From contig NC_057755.1 in assembly GCF_004010195.1 (NCBI RefSeq), forward strand, positions 10,139,989-10,203,988: a stretch of 64,000 nucleotides of DNA, in the 5' to 3' direction. The position numbers and the translations under genes are program-made. Shown here piece by piece: positions 1-13,252 of this stretch; position 1 is the first letter of the stretch; each line of letters begins with the position of its first letter. The notes under the pieces are model-generated. The model was not told the origin of the DNA. It was given only the letters and a program-made list of their open reading frames with translations, and searched no databases. Origin of the DNA: Chiloscyllium plagiosum (Eukaryota).

Positions 1-497
1 CAAATCGCCCGATTTATTCCTGTTGAGACTAATAAAGAATTAAAAGAAATTCACAGGTAGAAATGAGTAGGATTAGAAATGTTCTGTTACTGGTGGTTTG
101 GAGATAGAGGATATGAAAAAAAAAGTACAATTTAGATTTCGTTCCATGGCTTGTGTCTAACTGTTTTGATGTGAGAATATTACTGGCTCCCAGAAACGAC
201 AGATCCTTTATCCTATTGTAACTGTACAAATGGAGCAAGAATTTGCCATACTTTATAATAAATCAGTCTCAAAATGTGCTACAATATAATACGGTTGAAT
301 AAAGTTATTGACGTTGAAATACAGCAGAGTGTTCAAAACCAATCTGGCGAGTAAGAAAATAATTTATTTACCAAGGAAGTAATCTGATTGGCTCTTTGTG
401 GTATGAGACACGTTTCAAGTCGGATCTCCCCGTGGCATTTTATTACGGGTCTTGATTCTCATCTAATTTATTAATAACCTGCAGTTTGTTGTTCAAG

Positions 498-745
498 AAA
501 AGAAGAATTCTAGAAATGAATTTCCACTGTGTGAGAATTCTAGAATTATGAGCACGTTCTGAGAATTAGGGCCAAACCATTCAGGAGAGAAGTGAGGAAG
601 CCTTTTCCACACAAAGGATGGTAGAAGTTTGAAACTTTTTTCTACAAATGGCAGTGAATGCTACGTCAGGTGTTAATTTAAAATCTGACCTTAAGCAATT
701 TTTGTTGAGCAAAACTATTAATGATTGAGGGCCAACGCTTACCAA
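498..745 (+). mobile_element. Old CR1 LINE 3' fragment
   Basis: Degenerate ORF2 C-terminal region (ttttccacacaaaggatggtagaagtttgaaac). Confidence 0.6.
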
Positions 746-1063
746 ATAATATACCGTAAAATATGTTTAATGTGCCTACAAGATGAATATTTCAGTGATT
801 AAATCAATGAATCAGATTCGTTTTAACTGTGTACAAAATCCTAATGTGTTATTGTTAAAATCTATTTACTGACAGACTGTTGCACGAGATGGTATTAAAC
901 TGATGGTTTGATTATGTTTATTGATTTCATGTCATTTCTCTGAATGTTAAGACAAAACCGTGTTCTTGATTAATTTTGCAGAGACTATTTATAAACATTA
1001 CTCAACAGTTTGCTCCATCACATTATGATGCAATAATGTTATTAAATAATTGCATTGCATTAC

Positions 1064-3059
1064 CTAAGTACCTCATATTTTTGTAGCACTGGATTCAGCT
1101 GCTGACTGCACTCATTTCCTATCCCAGAAAACTGTCCAGATCCAGCTCTTCAATCTCCTTTACCAACATTAAGGCTTTTGTTAGAACTGTACAGTCAAAC
1201 ATTTTAAGTGGGCATTTTGTAAATCGTAATGTCTTCACTGGAGTTAAGACATCTTCCATTAGTGCTGCATCTCCAAATTCAAGAAGACAATACAACATTT
1301 CAAAGAGTCCTTTTGGGTTATTTTCACTTTTCAAATTCTTCATACAGCTGTTGATTTTGTCTTTCAGCCAGTCTGATACATTTGAAGCTGTTTCAGAGTG
1401 CTGTACCCCCAGCAAAATCGAGGCTGTTTCATTTAATTTGGTGATGAGAGTCCAATAAAAAAAAAAGTGAAAAAAACTTAGACCTGTCATCATTGCGATT
1501 GCACCATTCAGTAAGCATTCGCGTCACTTGGCCTCCTGGGGCACTTTGACATTTAAATAGTGCAATGATAAAATCCTTCAAAATGGAGTGAGTGAACACT
1601 TAGCCAAAACCAGTATTGCCACGAATTTCCATCATAAATCCAGAGATGAAATTGGAAATAAGGATCTGTTGCTTTTTGAATTGGCTTCTTTTAAACACGA
1701 TGGTTTTGGTGCAAATTCCCCATTAGGCCAAACTACTCAATTTCAGAAGCATATCGTGAGCAAAGACATTATCATAACAACAGTTCTTCAGAAGACACGT
1801 GAGGTAAATGAGGAGTACCCTTGTACAGGTTGTGAATGCTGGTATCTGGGCTCCTTCTTTCTGCTAGGTTTCCTGGATTGAACATAGAACCGAGCAGAAG
1901 CGAGGATTATGGCACATGGTGTATAATTTCTCATCCTGCTTGATATAATCTGAAGCAAACTGTCTAGCTGCAGAGCAGCGATGAGAATGTTGTTTCATCG
2001 TGTCTGCACTGAATCCCAGGATATCGACAACTCGATTAAATTCGACATTTCCAAGAGAATGCTGTTTCCATGGTGAACTTCTTCCCAACACTGAGCAGCC
2101 TTTCAGCAATCTTCCTTTTATAAGCCTGCACACAATGTGGGATATTTCACAAAAATGTTCAGGCCCGAAACTTTGAGTTTCATGATCATTGCTGTTTGTG
2201 TGTTAGTTAAATCGATCTTTTTCTGGAAAAGATCCAAGTAATCGAATATGAACAATATTTTCTCTGGTTTGTCCACAGAAACTCTAAGTAGTTTGTGAAT
2301 TGGGGAAGAAATCTATTATCAGTTCATTTAAGCAGGTTTCCCCGTCGATGGAATTCAATTGCTGAGCTGTAAATTGAAAGATTATATATTTGTACATTTC
2401 ACCTGCTGCCCAAACATTTTATTTGTATCGTGATAGTTTTTCCAAACCTGAAGGTCCAATGATGACAGTTGTTCCAGTCCCTCTTGTCTGATTGCAATGT
2501 TGTCTCAGTCACCTATCTCACGGCATTTCTTCCAGATGATTTTGCTCAGCTTTCCTCCACAATTCTTCACTTCCGTACTCCTGTTCTTCAGTGTATTGTG
2601 TGTTTGTTCCTGCTCACCCAATGAAACAACAATTTTAGATTCGATTACTTACAGTGTGGAAACAGGCCCTTCGACCCAACAAGTCCACACCGACCCGCCG
2701 AAGTGCAACCCACCCATACCCCTACATATATGCCTTACCTAACACTATGGACAATTTAGCATGGCCAATTCACCTGACCTGCACATCTTTGGACTGTGGG
2801 AGGAAACCGTAGCAAACCCACACAGACACGAGGAGAACGTGCAAACTCCACACAGTCAGTCGCCTGAGGTGGGAATTGAACCCGCGTCTCTGGCACTCTG
2901 AGGCAGCAGTGCTAACCACTCTGCCACTGTGCCGCCCACCATTTGTTACTTTGGTATATCTTTCACTCAGTGGAAATCTCTGCACGCTTATGTTTTCTCC
3001 AGTGATTGTTAAGTTCTCATTCGTTTTGCGAAGGTAGTCTCTGTGCGTCTGTTTGACAT
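1064..3059 (-). pseudogene. NACHT-domain exon of an NLR (NLRP3/NLRC3-like) pseudogene
   Basis: Acceptor ttcaag|AT at 3059 and donor ag|gtaat at 1064. Fragments: DVKQTHRDYLRK..ERYT, frameshifted P-loop (TVIIGPSG-GKT), LIKGRLLKGCSVL, DILGFS, LYTMCHNPRFC, LFEMLYCLLEF..FDCTVL..IEELDL. Several stops and frameshifts plus a SINE insertion. Confidence 0.9.
2632..2940 (-). mobile_element. HE1-like tRNA-derived V-SINE inserted in the NACHT exon
   Basis: A/B boxes (tggcagagtgg, gggttcaattccc), V-domain tgtgtggagtttgcac, CR1-like 3' end and aatcta tail; NACHT reading continues on both sides. Confidence 0.93.
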
Positions 3060-3299
3060 CTTGAATTAAAATATTGCACAAGTTTACCATGACTATTCAT
3101 ATGAGCAATATTTAAAAGAGCATTACAGGAATCAAAATGCTAACCAATAAATGATAGAAATACCATATAGAAATAGACACACGACACTTACTTTTATATC
3201 TGTACTTGTTACTGTGAAATTAGTGTTACATTGATCATCTGATTTATTCCAGTTATGTCATAGGGAAAAACACTGGAGAAGTGGTAATCTTAACAAGCT

Positions 3300-4580
3300 A
3301 AGAATCTGGAAACCCAGTCAGTAATTGCGGGGTTCATCCTTATAACTTTCCATGAAAATGGCTGAAATGTTTGTTAATTTCCAGTCTTCTGACACTTGCC
3401 GTAAATCCAGGAGGGCTGAAAGATTATGGCTATTTGCACTACAATTTTAACTTTCCCTTCCTTTAGCATACCTCGATGAACTTCATCAGGTCGTGCTGGC
3501 TTATCGCTGTTAAATATCAACGATCTATTCAACACTGTTTCTTCATCAATTTATAATATTTCGCAAACAAACTGACAAGCTCTTACACCACGTCTCTTGT
3601 AATAATATGCAGAAATTGTAATTCATTCGTTTTCAATAGCATGCTCATTTTCCCAGGTTACTATTTTCCTCTTTAAATACCCTGACAGTGTATTTATTTC
3701 CAAAAAATTTACACAGCGCAAAACTTCCCATAATAAATAATCCACACTATGTTCTTACATCGAGAGAGTTAACTGTCTCTCGATATTTATTTAATGCAGT
3801 AAAAAGCCATTTTGTGCACCCCTCCGAGAGAAGAAGTAAAATTATTTAACAAAAGAAAAAAACAGCGATGGACAACTGACAAGAGAAGGGACAGCATAAA
3901 ACTTCCAGAAAGGCTTACAAACCTGGAAAAACAGTCGAGACCCTGCTAAATGATAAATGTGCAATTTGCAGCAAAGAATCCCAAATAAGTTTCTAAGTAC
4001 TATTAACATAGATAATGAAAGGATACTTGCCAGGGACATCAAAATGATGAAAAAAGTCATTGTCATACAAGAAAAGTGTGTTGGCAGGGCAAGTATTCAC
4101 CCACTGAAGCCTATAAGTGGGGATATTATCAGCTTACAGTAGAAAAGAATGATAGTTTTCTGGAAGTCCTCAGGAAATTAATTGTGCACAGGAACAGGGA
4201 CTCAGCACAAATTACATAAATAATCGTAAATGAGGAAATTAATGGATTTAAAGAGTGGCACAATCTCGGGGCCTGGCATTTTGTATTAGAGAATGTTAAA
4301 AGTTGTCACGCAGCACATTGTAGACACCCTGACTCTAATCTTTCAGAGTTCTCTCGATGTGGGAGTCATCCCCCTGGATTGTAAAATTGCACATTTCCCT
4401 CTGCTTCTTAGGAAGGATGAAAGAGGAAAACCAGAGATATACTAAGCAATCAGCCTAAAATCTGCGGTGGGGATATTGCTAGAATCTATAATAAAGGATC
4501 AGCTGAGCACCACAAAACTTTCAGTTACTCAGGGACAGTGGGCATGGATTCATAACAAGTAGGACAGACATCTATGAAAT
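3300..4580. mobile_element. Degenerate CR1 ORF2 fragments (minus ~3300-3620, plus ~3840-4580)
   Basis: Remnants of FQSSLD-G-IPLD-KIA and PISL motifs with many stops. Confidence 0.6.
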
Positions 4581-4588
4581 TTTCTTTA

Positions 4589-5040
4589 GACTTTTTTTAA
4601 AATTCAAAAATATACTTCATTCATAAAAATTTATTTATGTACAAACATAGTCACCATAACAGTTCAATTCTGGTAGCACATGGAGAAACAAATAAACATT
4701 GGAGTTTGATTCAAATCCAACAAACAAGACAAAGCCAGTTCTGTTTTCTGCAAAGTCAATATTTACATATATTTGAAGTACTGGGAAGGGTTCAATAACA
4801 GAACAGACCCCCATTTAACTTTGACTGAAACAGCTCAGTCAGTAATTTTTCCCCACTGCACCTTACTGGCTACTGTCATAAGGTTTAGTGCTTCCTCGGA
4901 AGTAAGTCCCAAACATTGGAATGTGCCAATCTGCAACACGTGGACAGGGTCAACTCTTTGTTCTGGAGGAGCTACAGGTTTTTCTCTCGGTGAGTGTCCA
5001 TTTTTTTAACCAACAGCAATACTGAGACATAATATTGAAC
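4589..5040 (-). mobile_element. Probable Tx1/L1-like LINE 3' fragment
   Basis: T-rich end followed by a degenerate ORF C-terminus; recognised only by general resemblance. Confidence 0.35.
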
Positions 5041-5829
5041 TTGTCTCCCATAGTCATTGACAATGTTCCCCCTTTTAGTCTTCAGTGGGCAAACATTTCT
5101 CATAAACTTGCTTTCTATAATTGTAACATTTCTTAGTCGTTTCAATGAACCTGGCAAGTTTCATTTCATATTCCCTTTTTCAATTTATTTGTCTCCTTCA
5201 GGGCTGTTTGCTGCTCCTTGTATCTTCTCCCAATCATCAGGATTCTGTCCAATGTTTGCACACATTGCCTAAATATTTGAAACATATTACTGTTCTGACA
5301 TTGTTTTCCCGTATTCATTTTCTCATTAAAAAGTAACGAACAAACTCAAAGGAATTGAACTACAAACAATAAAACTCCTTGCAGTTATTGCTTATCTTTA
5401 TGCAAAATTATTCATCACTCGCCAATAGATTTACATCACACTTAATTACAACATTCTTGTTTCAATATTTTCTGAAACATTTGTACGCAGCAAATCCCAT
5501 TTTAAGTTAGTGCTGCCTTACACATCTAGCACATTTATCCCATTATATTTTCCAAAAAAAATCCTGACTGACATCATTGTCTGGAAAAAAAATCTATTCA
5601 TGTCTATTCAATCAGCTTTTGAAAGAAATTCTTTAATGCCATCAAAACGAAACTTCCTCCAATTTAGAATTTCATCCTTGAGGTATGGTCCATCCTTTGA
5701 ATCTTTAAAGAGTTCAGAAAAGATTTACAAGAATATTGCTAGTGTTGGATGATTTCAACTACAGGAAGAGTTTGAATAATTTGAACATTTTTTTCTGAAC
5801 TCAATATTCTGACGTGTAATGGAACGAAA

Positions 5830-7590
5830 ACCAAACGCCTTCTTCACTCACTTATTTACCTGCGAATCCACTTTAAAGAAGCTGTGAATCTGCACTTCCA
5901 GGTGTCTTTCTTCAGCAATACTCTCGAGGTCATTACCATTAAGTGCATAAGTCCTGCTAAGATTTGCTTTCCCAAAATGCAGCATCTCGCATTTATCTAA
6001 TTTAACTGCAATCTGCCATTTCTCAGCCCATTGGCCCATCTGGACAAGATCCCGTTGTAATCTGAGGCAACCTTTTCGCTGTCCACTACACCACCAATTT
6101 TGGTGTCATCTGCAAACTTATTTGCTTTCCCAAAATGCAGCATCTCGCATTTATCTAATTTAACTGCAATCTGCCATTTCTCAGCCCATTGGCCCATCTG
6201 GACAAGATCCCGTTGTAATCTGAGGCAACCTTTCGCTGTCCACTACACCACCAATTTTGGTGTCATCTGCAAACTTATTAACTATACGTCTTATGCTCAC
6301 ATTCAAATCATTTATAGAAATGATGAAAAGTAGTGGACCCAGCACTGATTCTTGTGACACTCCACTGGTCACAGGTCTCTAGTAAAAAAAAAAGCCCTCC
6401 AGCACCACCCTTTGTCTTCTACTTTTGAGTCAGTTCTGTATGCAAGTGGCTAGTTCTCCTTCTTTTCCATGAGATCTGACCGTGCTAACCCAGTCTTCCA
6501 TGGGGAACCTTGTCAAACGCTTTAATGAAGTCCATATAGATCACGTCCACCGCTCTGCCCTCGTCAATCATCTTTGTTACGTCTTCAATAAACTCAATCA
6601 AGTTTGTGAGACAGGACACCCCATCCACAAAATCATGTAAACCGCTCCCAATCTGTCCTTGCCTTTCCGAATGCATGAACATCCTGACCCTCGGGATTCC
6701 ATCCAACAACTTACCCATCACCAACGTCGGGCTCACTGGTCTATAGTACTTTGGCTAGTTGTTAGCACTCTTCTTAAAGAGTGGTACCACGTTAGCCAAC
6801 CTCCAACCTTCGGACACCTCACCTATGATTATCGATGATACAAATATCACAGCAACGTGCCCAGAAATCACTTTCCTACCTTCCCACAGAGTTCTAGGAT
6901 ACACCTGATCGGATCATCGGGACTCATCCACTTTTAAGTGTTTCAAGACTTTCAATCCCGCAATTCCTACACTGTCATATGGGCATTTTGAAAGATGCCA
7001 CCACATGTCTCCCTACATTATATATCTTCCATGTCCTTTTACAGTGTAAACAATGATGCAAAATAATCATATAATATCTCCTCCATCTCCTGTGGCTCCA
7101 CGCAAAGGCCACCTTGCTGATCTTTGAGGGGATCCATTCTCTCCTGAGTTGCCCTTTGGTCATTAATGTATTTGTAAAAACCCTTTAGATTCTCCTTAAC
7201 TCTATTTGCCAAAGCTATTCATGTCCTCTTTTGTTTGGCCCTCCCGATTCTCTCATAAGTATGCTCATACTGTATTTTTACTCTTCTAATCATTCATTCG
7301 AGCTATCTTGTCGATACCTGACACTTGCCTCCTTCTTTCTCTTAACCAAACCCTCAATTTTTTCGTCATCCAGCATTCACTTCACCTACCAGCGTTTCCT
7401 TTCACCCTAACAGGACTATACTTTCTCTGCACTCTTGTTATCTCATTTCTGAAGGTTTCCCATTGTCCTACCATCCCTTTACCTGCGAACATCTGCCGCC
7501 AGTCAGCTTTTGAAAGTGGTTGCCTAATACCATCAAAATGAGCCTTGCTCCAATTTAGAACTTCAGCCTTTAGATCTGGTGTATCATTTG
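5830..7590 (-). mobile_element. CR1/HER1 LINE ORF2 (RT) fragment
   Basis: ORF track: SCLTNLIEF, DVIYMDFIKAFDKVPH, GVSQESVLGPLLF, KFADDTKIGG, WAEKWQ. Confidence 0.95.
5962..6279. repeat. Tandem duplication with ~158 bp unit inside the CR1
   Basis: atttgctttcccaaaatgc...tgcaaactt occurs twice back to back, differing by a 1-nt indel. Confidence 0.95.
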
Positions 7591-7596
7591 ATTCTT

Positions 7597-8070
7597 TAAA
7601 GAGTTCAGAAAAGATTTACAAGGATGTTGAACTATAGGAAAAGGTTGAAAAGTCTGGGGCTTTTCTTTTCCTTGGAGTGTCAGAGGCAGAAGGGTGACCT
7701 TATAGATGTTTGTAAAATCATGAGGGCATGGATAGGATAAAAAGACAAAGTTTCTTTCCTGCAGTGGGGGAGTTCAGAACGAGAGAGCATTGGTTTAGGT
7801 TGAAAGGGTTAAAAAAGGTGATCGGTGGCTAAACTTTTTTCACGCAGAGAGTGTTACAGGGAATGAGATACCAGATGAAGTGGTGGATGCTAACACATTT
7901 GGAACATTTAAAAGGCATCTGGATGGGTAAATGAATAGGAAGGATTGGGAGGGATATGGACCGGGTGTTGGCAGTTGGGACTAGGTGGGGTTGGGATATC
8001 TGATTGGCATAGAAGGGTTGGGCCGACAGGTCTCTTTCTGTGATGTATATCTCTATGACTATGACTCTAA
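7597..8070 (+). mobile_element. CR1/HER1 LINE 3' end
   Basis: RVQKRFTRM.. remnant, 3' UTR and ctatgact tail. Confidence 0.9.
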
Positions 8071-8074
8071 GATG

Positions 8075-9045
8075 TTCAGCAATTTTAATTTAGATAAATG
8101 GGAAGTGCTGCATTTTGGGAAAGCAAATTTTTGCAGGACTTATACATATAATGGTAAGGTCTGAGGGCGTGTTGCTGAACAAAGTGACCTTCGAGTGCAG
8201 GTTCATAGTTGCTTGAAAATAGAGTCGCAGGTAGATTGGATAGTGAAGAAGACTATGAGAAAGTGAGGACTGCAGATGCCAGAGATCAGAGCTTAAAAAT
8301 GTGTTGCTGGAAAAGCGCAGCATGTCAGACAGTGTCAAAGGAGCAGGAGAATCGACGTTTCGGGCATAAGCTCTTCTTCAGGAATTATCAATGAATATTA
8401 GTGAAGAAGACGTTTGGTATGCTTTCCTTATTGGTCAGAGTGTTGAGTAAAGAAGTTGGGAGGTCATGTTGCGGCTGTACATGACATTGGTTAGGCCACT
8501 GTTGGAATATTGCTTGCAATTCTGGTCTCCGTCCTATCGGAAATATGTTGTGAACCTTGGAAGAGTTGAGGAAAGATTTACAAGGATGTTGCCAGGGTTG
8601 GAGGATTTGAGCGACAGGGAGAGGCTGAACAGGCTGGGCTGCCTGGAGCATCGGAGGCTGCGGGTTTGACCTTCTAGATGTTTACAAAATTATGAGGGGC
8701 ATGGATAGGGTAAATAGGCAAAGACATTTCCCTGGGGTCAGGGAGTCCAGAACTAGAGGGAATAGGTTTAGGGTGAGAGGGGAGGAATGTAAAAGAGACG
8801 TAAGAGGCAACTTTTTCACACAGAGGGTGGTACGTGCATGGAATGAGCTGCCAGAAGAAGTGGCGGAGACTGGTACAATAGCAATATTTAAGAGGCATTT
8901 GGATTGGTATATGAATAGGAATGATTTTGAGGGATATGGGCTGGGTGTTGGCAGGTGAGACGAGATTGTGTTGGGATATCTGGTCGGCATGGACTTGTTG
9001 GACCGAAGGGTCTGTTTCCATGCTGTACATCTCTATGACTCTATT
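8075..9045 (+). mobile_element. CR1/HER1 LINE 3' fragment
   Basis: LYMTLVRPLLEYCLQFWSP, FFTQRVVRAWNELP, ctatgactcta tail. Confidence 0.95.
8254..8398 (-). mobile_element. Short Penelope-like terminal fragment with hammerhead motif and 13-bp TSD
   Basis: TSD tagtgaagaagac at 8241-8253 and 8399-8411; minus strand ctgaagaagagcttatgcccgaaacgtc. Confidence 0.85.
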
Positions 9046-9051
9046 ACTTAC

Positions 9052-9117
9052 CTTGCAGAATAACTGTTACGCCTGCGTCTGAATCATTCCAAGGTGTTTC
9101 AGTTCTCACTTCAAAAG
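9052..9117 (-). CDS. Candidate 66-nt phase 1-1 NLR exon upstream of the NACHT exon
   Basis: taacag| acceptor and g|gtaagt donor; open frame FEVRTETPWNDSDAGVTVILQ; joins in frame to DVKQ of the NACHT exon. Confidence 0.55.
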
Positions 9118-9414
9118 CTGTTAACATACATGTTTGTACAATGACTTTCAGTCTGAAGAATTGTGCAAACCATTAAATTATAACTTCAACGCTAAATCAC
9201 ATTTTCAAAAGGCTGACTGACGTGCTTCTGTTCCAAGGTTCCAACACTCAACTGAGTCAGGAACCATCAGTCTGCATTGTGCCTTCACAAACTATATTTC
9301 TTCTTGGCCTCACAGGACTGTGAAAACTGGTTCTGCATCGCAGCACTTTGAAAATATAAAGTGCTTATGCAGTATAAGCATGCAAAATTGAATTATTTGG
9401 GGAATTGTGGCCTG

Positions 9415-10380
9415 AAGAGCACCGGTTAAGGTTAGAGGGGAAAGAATAAAAGGGAACATCCGGGGTTTTTTTTAACATGTATGGAATGAACTGCCAGCGG
9501 AAGTGTTGGAGCTGGGTACATTAACAACATTTAAAATGTATTTGGGAAAATATATGGATAAAGGATTGGAAGCATATGGAACAAGTGCAGGGAAGCGGGG
9601 TTAGCCTGGACAGATATATTTGGTCGGCATGGACGAGTTGAGCCAAAGGGCCTGTCTCCTTGCTGAAGGAATCAATGACCATTGAAATGAATTAATCGAT
9701 GACAAATTCAACTCTTTATAATTTATATTTTATTCTTGCTTTATAGAAGCTATTTGAATGAATATGCATGAAGCATGGTTACTAAGTTTGCGAATGACAT
9801 ATGAATTGGCAATATAGTGGACAATGAAGAAGTGTATCTAAGAGTACAAAGGGATCTTCATCACTTAAAGCAGTGTATCCGGAAGTGACAGACAGATTTT
9901 AATTTAGATAAATGGAAGGCGTTGCACTCTTGATAAGATGAAAAATGACAAGACTTCTCGAGTTTATGGTCAGGCACTGAGGGGTGTTGTAGAAAAGAGA
10001 GATCAAAAGGTTCAGCTGCATAGTTCCTTGAAAGTTTTGTCACAAGGAGACAGCGTATTGACGAAGCCGTTTGGCACGCTTGCCTTCATTACTCGGAACA
10101 TTCACTAAAGGGTTTGGGACATCATGGTGTTTTACAGGACATGAGTGCGAGAAGTTTTAAAATGTTGAGGTAGAATTCTAACTTCCTTGCTTTAGGAATG
10201 ATATCATTAAATTGGAGAGGGTGCAGACAAGATAAACATGGAAGTTATCAGGCCTTGGGTTTACTTTATAACAAGAGGCTGAATAGGCTTGGGCTATTTC
10301 ACTGTGCATAGAAGGTTGAGGGGTGAAATTTTAAGATTTATGAAACCTTGAGGCATACATAAAATGAATAGCTAAGGTCA
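9415..10380 (+). mobile_element. Old CR1 fragments
   Basis: 3' end at 9415-9690 and degenerate KFA(N)D..LERVQ region at 9700-10380. Confidence 0.8.
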
Positions 10381-10390
10381 GTACCATCGG

Positions 10391-11732
10391 GATTCTGGAT
10401 TAGTGGTGCTGGAAGAGCACAGCAGTTCAGGCAGCATCCGAGGAGCAGTAAAATCGACGTTTCGGGCAAAACCCTTCATCAGGAATACAACCAGACAGCC
10501 TGAATGGTGGAGAGATAAGTGAGAGGAGGGTGGGGTGGGGAGAAAGTAGCATAGTGTACAATAGATGAGTGGGAGAGGGGATGAAGTTGATAGGTCGGGG
10601 GGAGGGTGGAGTGGATAGGTGGAAAAGAACATAGGCAAGTAGGAAAAGTCAGAACAAGTCATGGGGACAGTGCTGAATTAGAAGTTTGGAACTGGGGTGA
10701 GGTAGGGGAAGGGGAAATGTGGAACCTGTTGAAGTCCACATTGATGCCCTGGGGTTGAAGTGTTCTGAGGCAGAAGATGAGGCGTTCTTCCTCCAGGCGT
10801 CAGGTGGTGAGGGAGCGGCGGTGAATGAGCCCCAGGACCTCCATGTCCTCGGCAGAGTGGGAGGGAGAGTTGAAATGTTGGGCCAGAGGGCGGTGTGGTT
10901 GATTGGTGCGTGTGTCCCGGAGTAGTTCCCTAAAGCGCTCTGCTAGGAGGCGTCCAGTCTCCCCAATCGCATCGGGAGCAACAGATACAATAAATGATAT
11001 CAGTGGATGTGCAGGTAAAACTTTGATGGAGGTTGAAGGCTCCTTTAGGGCCTTGGATGGAGGTGAGGGAGGAGATGTGGGCGCAGGAGTGGAAGAAACG
11101 GATGGCTTGTAGGCCGTGGTCATGGCAAATGGAGGTGTAGAGGGATTGGATATCCATGGTGAAGATGAAGCGTTGGGGGCTGGGGAAACGGAAGTCTTGG
11201 AGGAGGTGGAGGGTGTGGGTGGTGTCTCGAACGTATGAAAGGAGTTCCTGGACTAGGGAGGATAGGACAGTCTCGAGGTAGGTAGAAATGAGTTCAGTGG
11301 GGCAGGAGCATGCTGAGACAATGGGTCGGCCATGTTGTTCCGGCTTGTGTATCTTGGAAAGGAGGTAGAACTGGGCAGTGTGGGGTTCCCGAACTATGAG
11401 GTTGGAAGCTGTGGTTGGGAGATCTCCCGAGTTGATGAGGTTCTGTATGGTCTGGGAGATGATGGTTTTGTGATGGGGTGGGTCATGGTCGAGGGAGTGG
11501 TAGGAAGAGGTGTCTTCGAGTTGGCGATTGGCTTCAGCTGTGTAGAGGTCAGTGCGCTAGACTACCACTGCGCCCCCTTTATCTGCTAGCTTGATGGTGA
11601 GGTCAGGATTGGAGCAGAAGGATTGGAGGGCTGCACGTTGTGAGGGTGAGAGGTTGGAGTGGGGGAGGGAGGTAGACAGGTTGAAGTGGTTAATGTCCCG
11701 GCGTCAGTTGGAAGTGAAGAGCTCGAGGACAG
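10391..11732 (-). mobile_element. Penelope-like retroelement (internally deleted RT + GIY-YIG endonuclease + terminal repeat)
   Basis: FTMDIQSLYTSI RT motif; IIYCICCSRC..IGETGRLLAERFRE..AQHFNSPSH; hammerhead motif near the 3' end. Confidence 0.93.
10451..10486 (-). ncRNA. Minimal type I hammerhead ribozyme motif (Penelope-associated)
   Basis: ttc-CUGAUGA-a-gggu-uuu-gccc-GAAA-c-GUC-gauu. Confidence 0.75.
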
Positions 11733-11869
11733 GTAAAAGGGGACCCCTGAAGTTAATTGCAGATAAATGGTTAAGTCAGAAATCAGAGAGCACACATTTG
11801 AACAATGTTTCAAATCATACAGAATGTATAAATAGAGCAGTTGAACTGGATAGACATCATTTGAAAGCA

Positions 11870-12400
11870 GCGCATCACGTGATGAAAAATGACGTGATGA
11901 AAACTGCACAATTTTGCTCGTGGAGATAAATTGTCAAAGTTACTCACAGTGATCAAAGAAACTTTAAATGCAAAACTTAGTGGATCTTTTGAAATTAGAA
12001 GCAGTTGAGTGAGGTGATAATTTGTTACGAATACCAGATAGAAAGAAATAGCACTGAATGTACCATGTGAACGTGTTTACAATGTATTTTGGTCGGGAAG
12101 GAAATCAAAATCACATGGAGAGAAGATGCAAGTTTAGATGATTCTGATTTGGAACTTCCTCCAATTTACTTAGACAATGTTTCTAAAATCCGGGATAAAT
12201 TATTGAGTTATCTTCCAGATGAAAATAAAAATGAATTGAAAGAGCTATTACAATCACGTAAGGTGGTATGTTGGAGTAAGCTGGGGAGTACTAATTTAAT
12301 TGCACATGACATAGATATCGGAAATACCATTCTAATTATGAAGCATATTATGCATCTAGCCCGCTAAGGTTAACATCTGTTCAAAAAGAGATTCAGTGTA
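11870..12400 (+). mobile_element. Gypsy (Gmr1-like) pol fragment
   Basis: Degenerate linker/RT N-terminus (LLSYLP..ELKELL..GSTNLIAHDIDIGN), similar to 31750-32220. Confidence 0.75.
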
Positions 12401-12565
12401 GGCTTTTAATGTTTGTTTCAATTGCAGTACTCATAATTAACAGTTCAGTTGCTCCTCACATTAACTTCGATTGCAACCCACCACATATTTGTGACATGAA
12501 TACTCAGCAAAGAGGTATGAGGAGATAACCTGAAATATCCGATAGAGACCAGGGTAATTCGAGAC

Positions 12566-12800
12566 AGTAGTGCAGTGATGATGTCACTGGACGAGTAATC
12601 CAGAATATCAGGGGAAAGTTCTTGGGACATGTCTTACATCATAGCAATTAGTGAATTTTGAATTCAATGAAAAGCTAGTTGAACAGTAACCATGTATCCA
12701 TCACCAGTTGCTGTAAAACACGACCTGATTACCTACTGTATTCTCGTGAAGCACAGTTGCTGTCTTTACCTGATCTAGCCTACACAAGTATGCAGTAGAA
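12566..12800 (+). mobile_element. Old DeuSINE/SacSINE1-like element (related copies at ~40760-40970 minus and ~54290-54580 plus)
   Basis: Degenerate tRNA-like head (cagtgatgatgtcactggac..gtaatccaga) and gaattcaat core. Confidence 0.55.
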
Positions 12801-13252
12801 GGGTTTTACTGTAATTTACTTACAAAGTGTTGGTGATACCACATCTGCAGTACCACATCTGTTTGGTCCAATTATCTGAGATATTTATTTCAATTTCAGA
12901 GGTTAGATCAGATGATCCCAAAATGGGAGGGGTGTCAAATGAACAATGCAACTCGATCTTCCTGCTCCTCAGATGCTGCCTTATCGGCTGTGCTTTTCCA
13001 CCACCACACTTTTCGACTCTGATCTCCAGCATCTGCGTCCTCACTTTCTCCTGGGACTCTACTCACTGTAGTTTAGAAGAACGTGCGATGATCTCACTGT
13101 GACACATAGGATACGTCAGGGGCTTGACAGGGTCAATGCTACGAGGATGCCTGATTTGATTTATCTGATTTGTTGCATTGTTCTCACATGTGGACTTTTG
13201 TTTTAGTTGAAGTAAGGACAGATCATAATGTACAAGGGCCCACAGCTTGTAG

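Noticed and set aside
1..1063. Expected LRR exons downstream of NACHT
   Set aside because: No convincing LxxLxL exon found; the acceptor near 478 runs into a stop within a few codons.
5040..5580. Coding-like stretch and splice-like signals upstream of the NACHT exon
   Set aside because: 5040-5270 translates as decayed CR1 ORF2; the other candidates contain stops.
9222..9345. Possible additional NLR exon
   Set aside because: Weak splice sites and stops in the frames tried.
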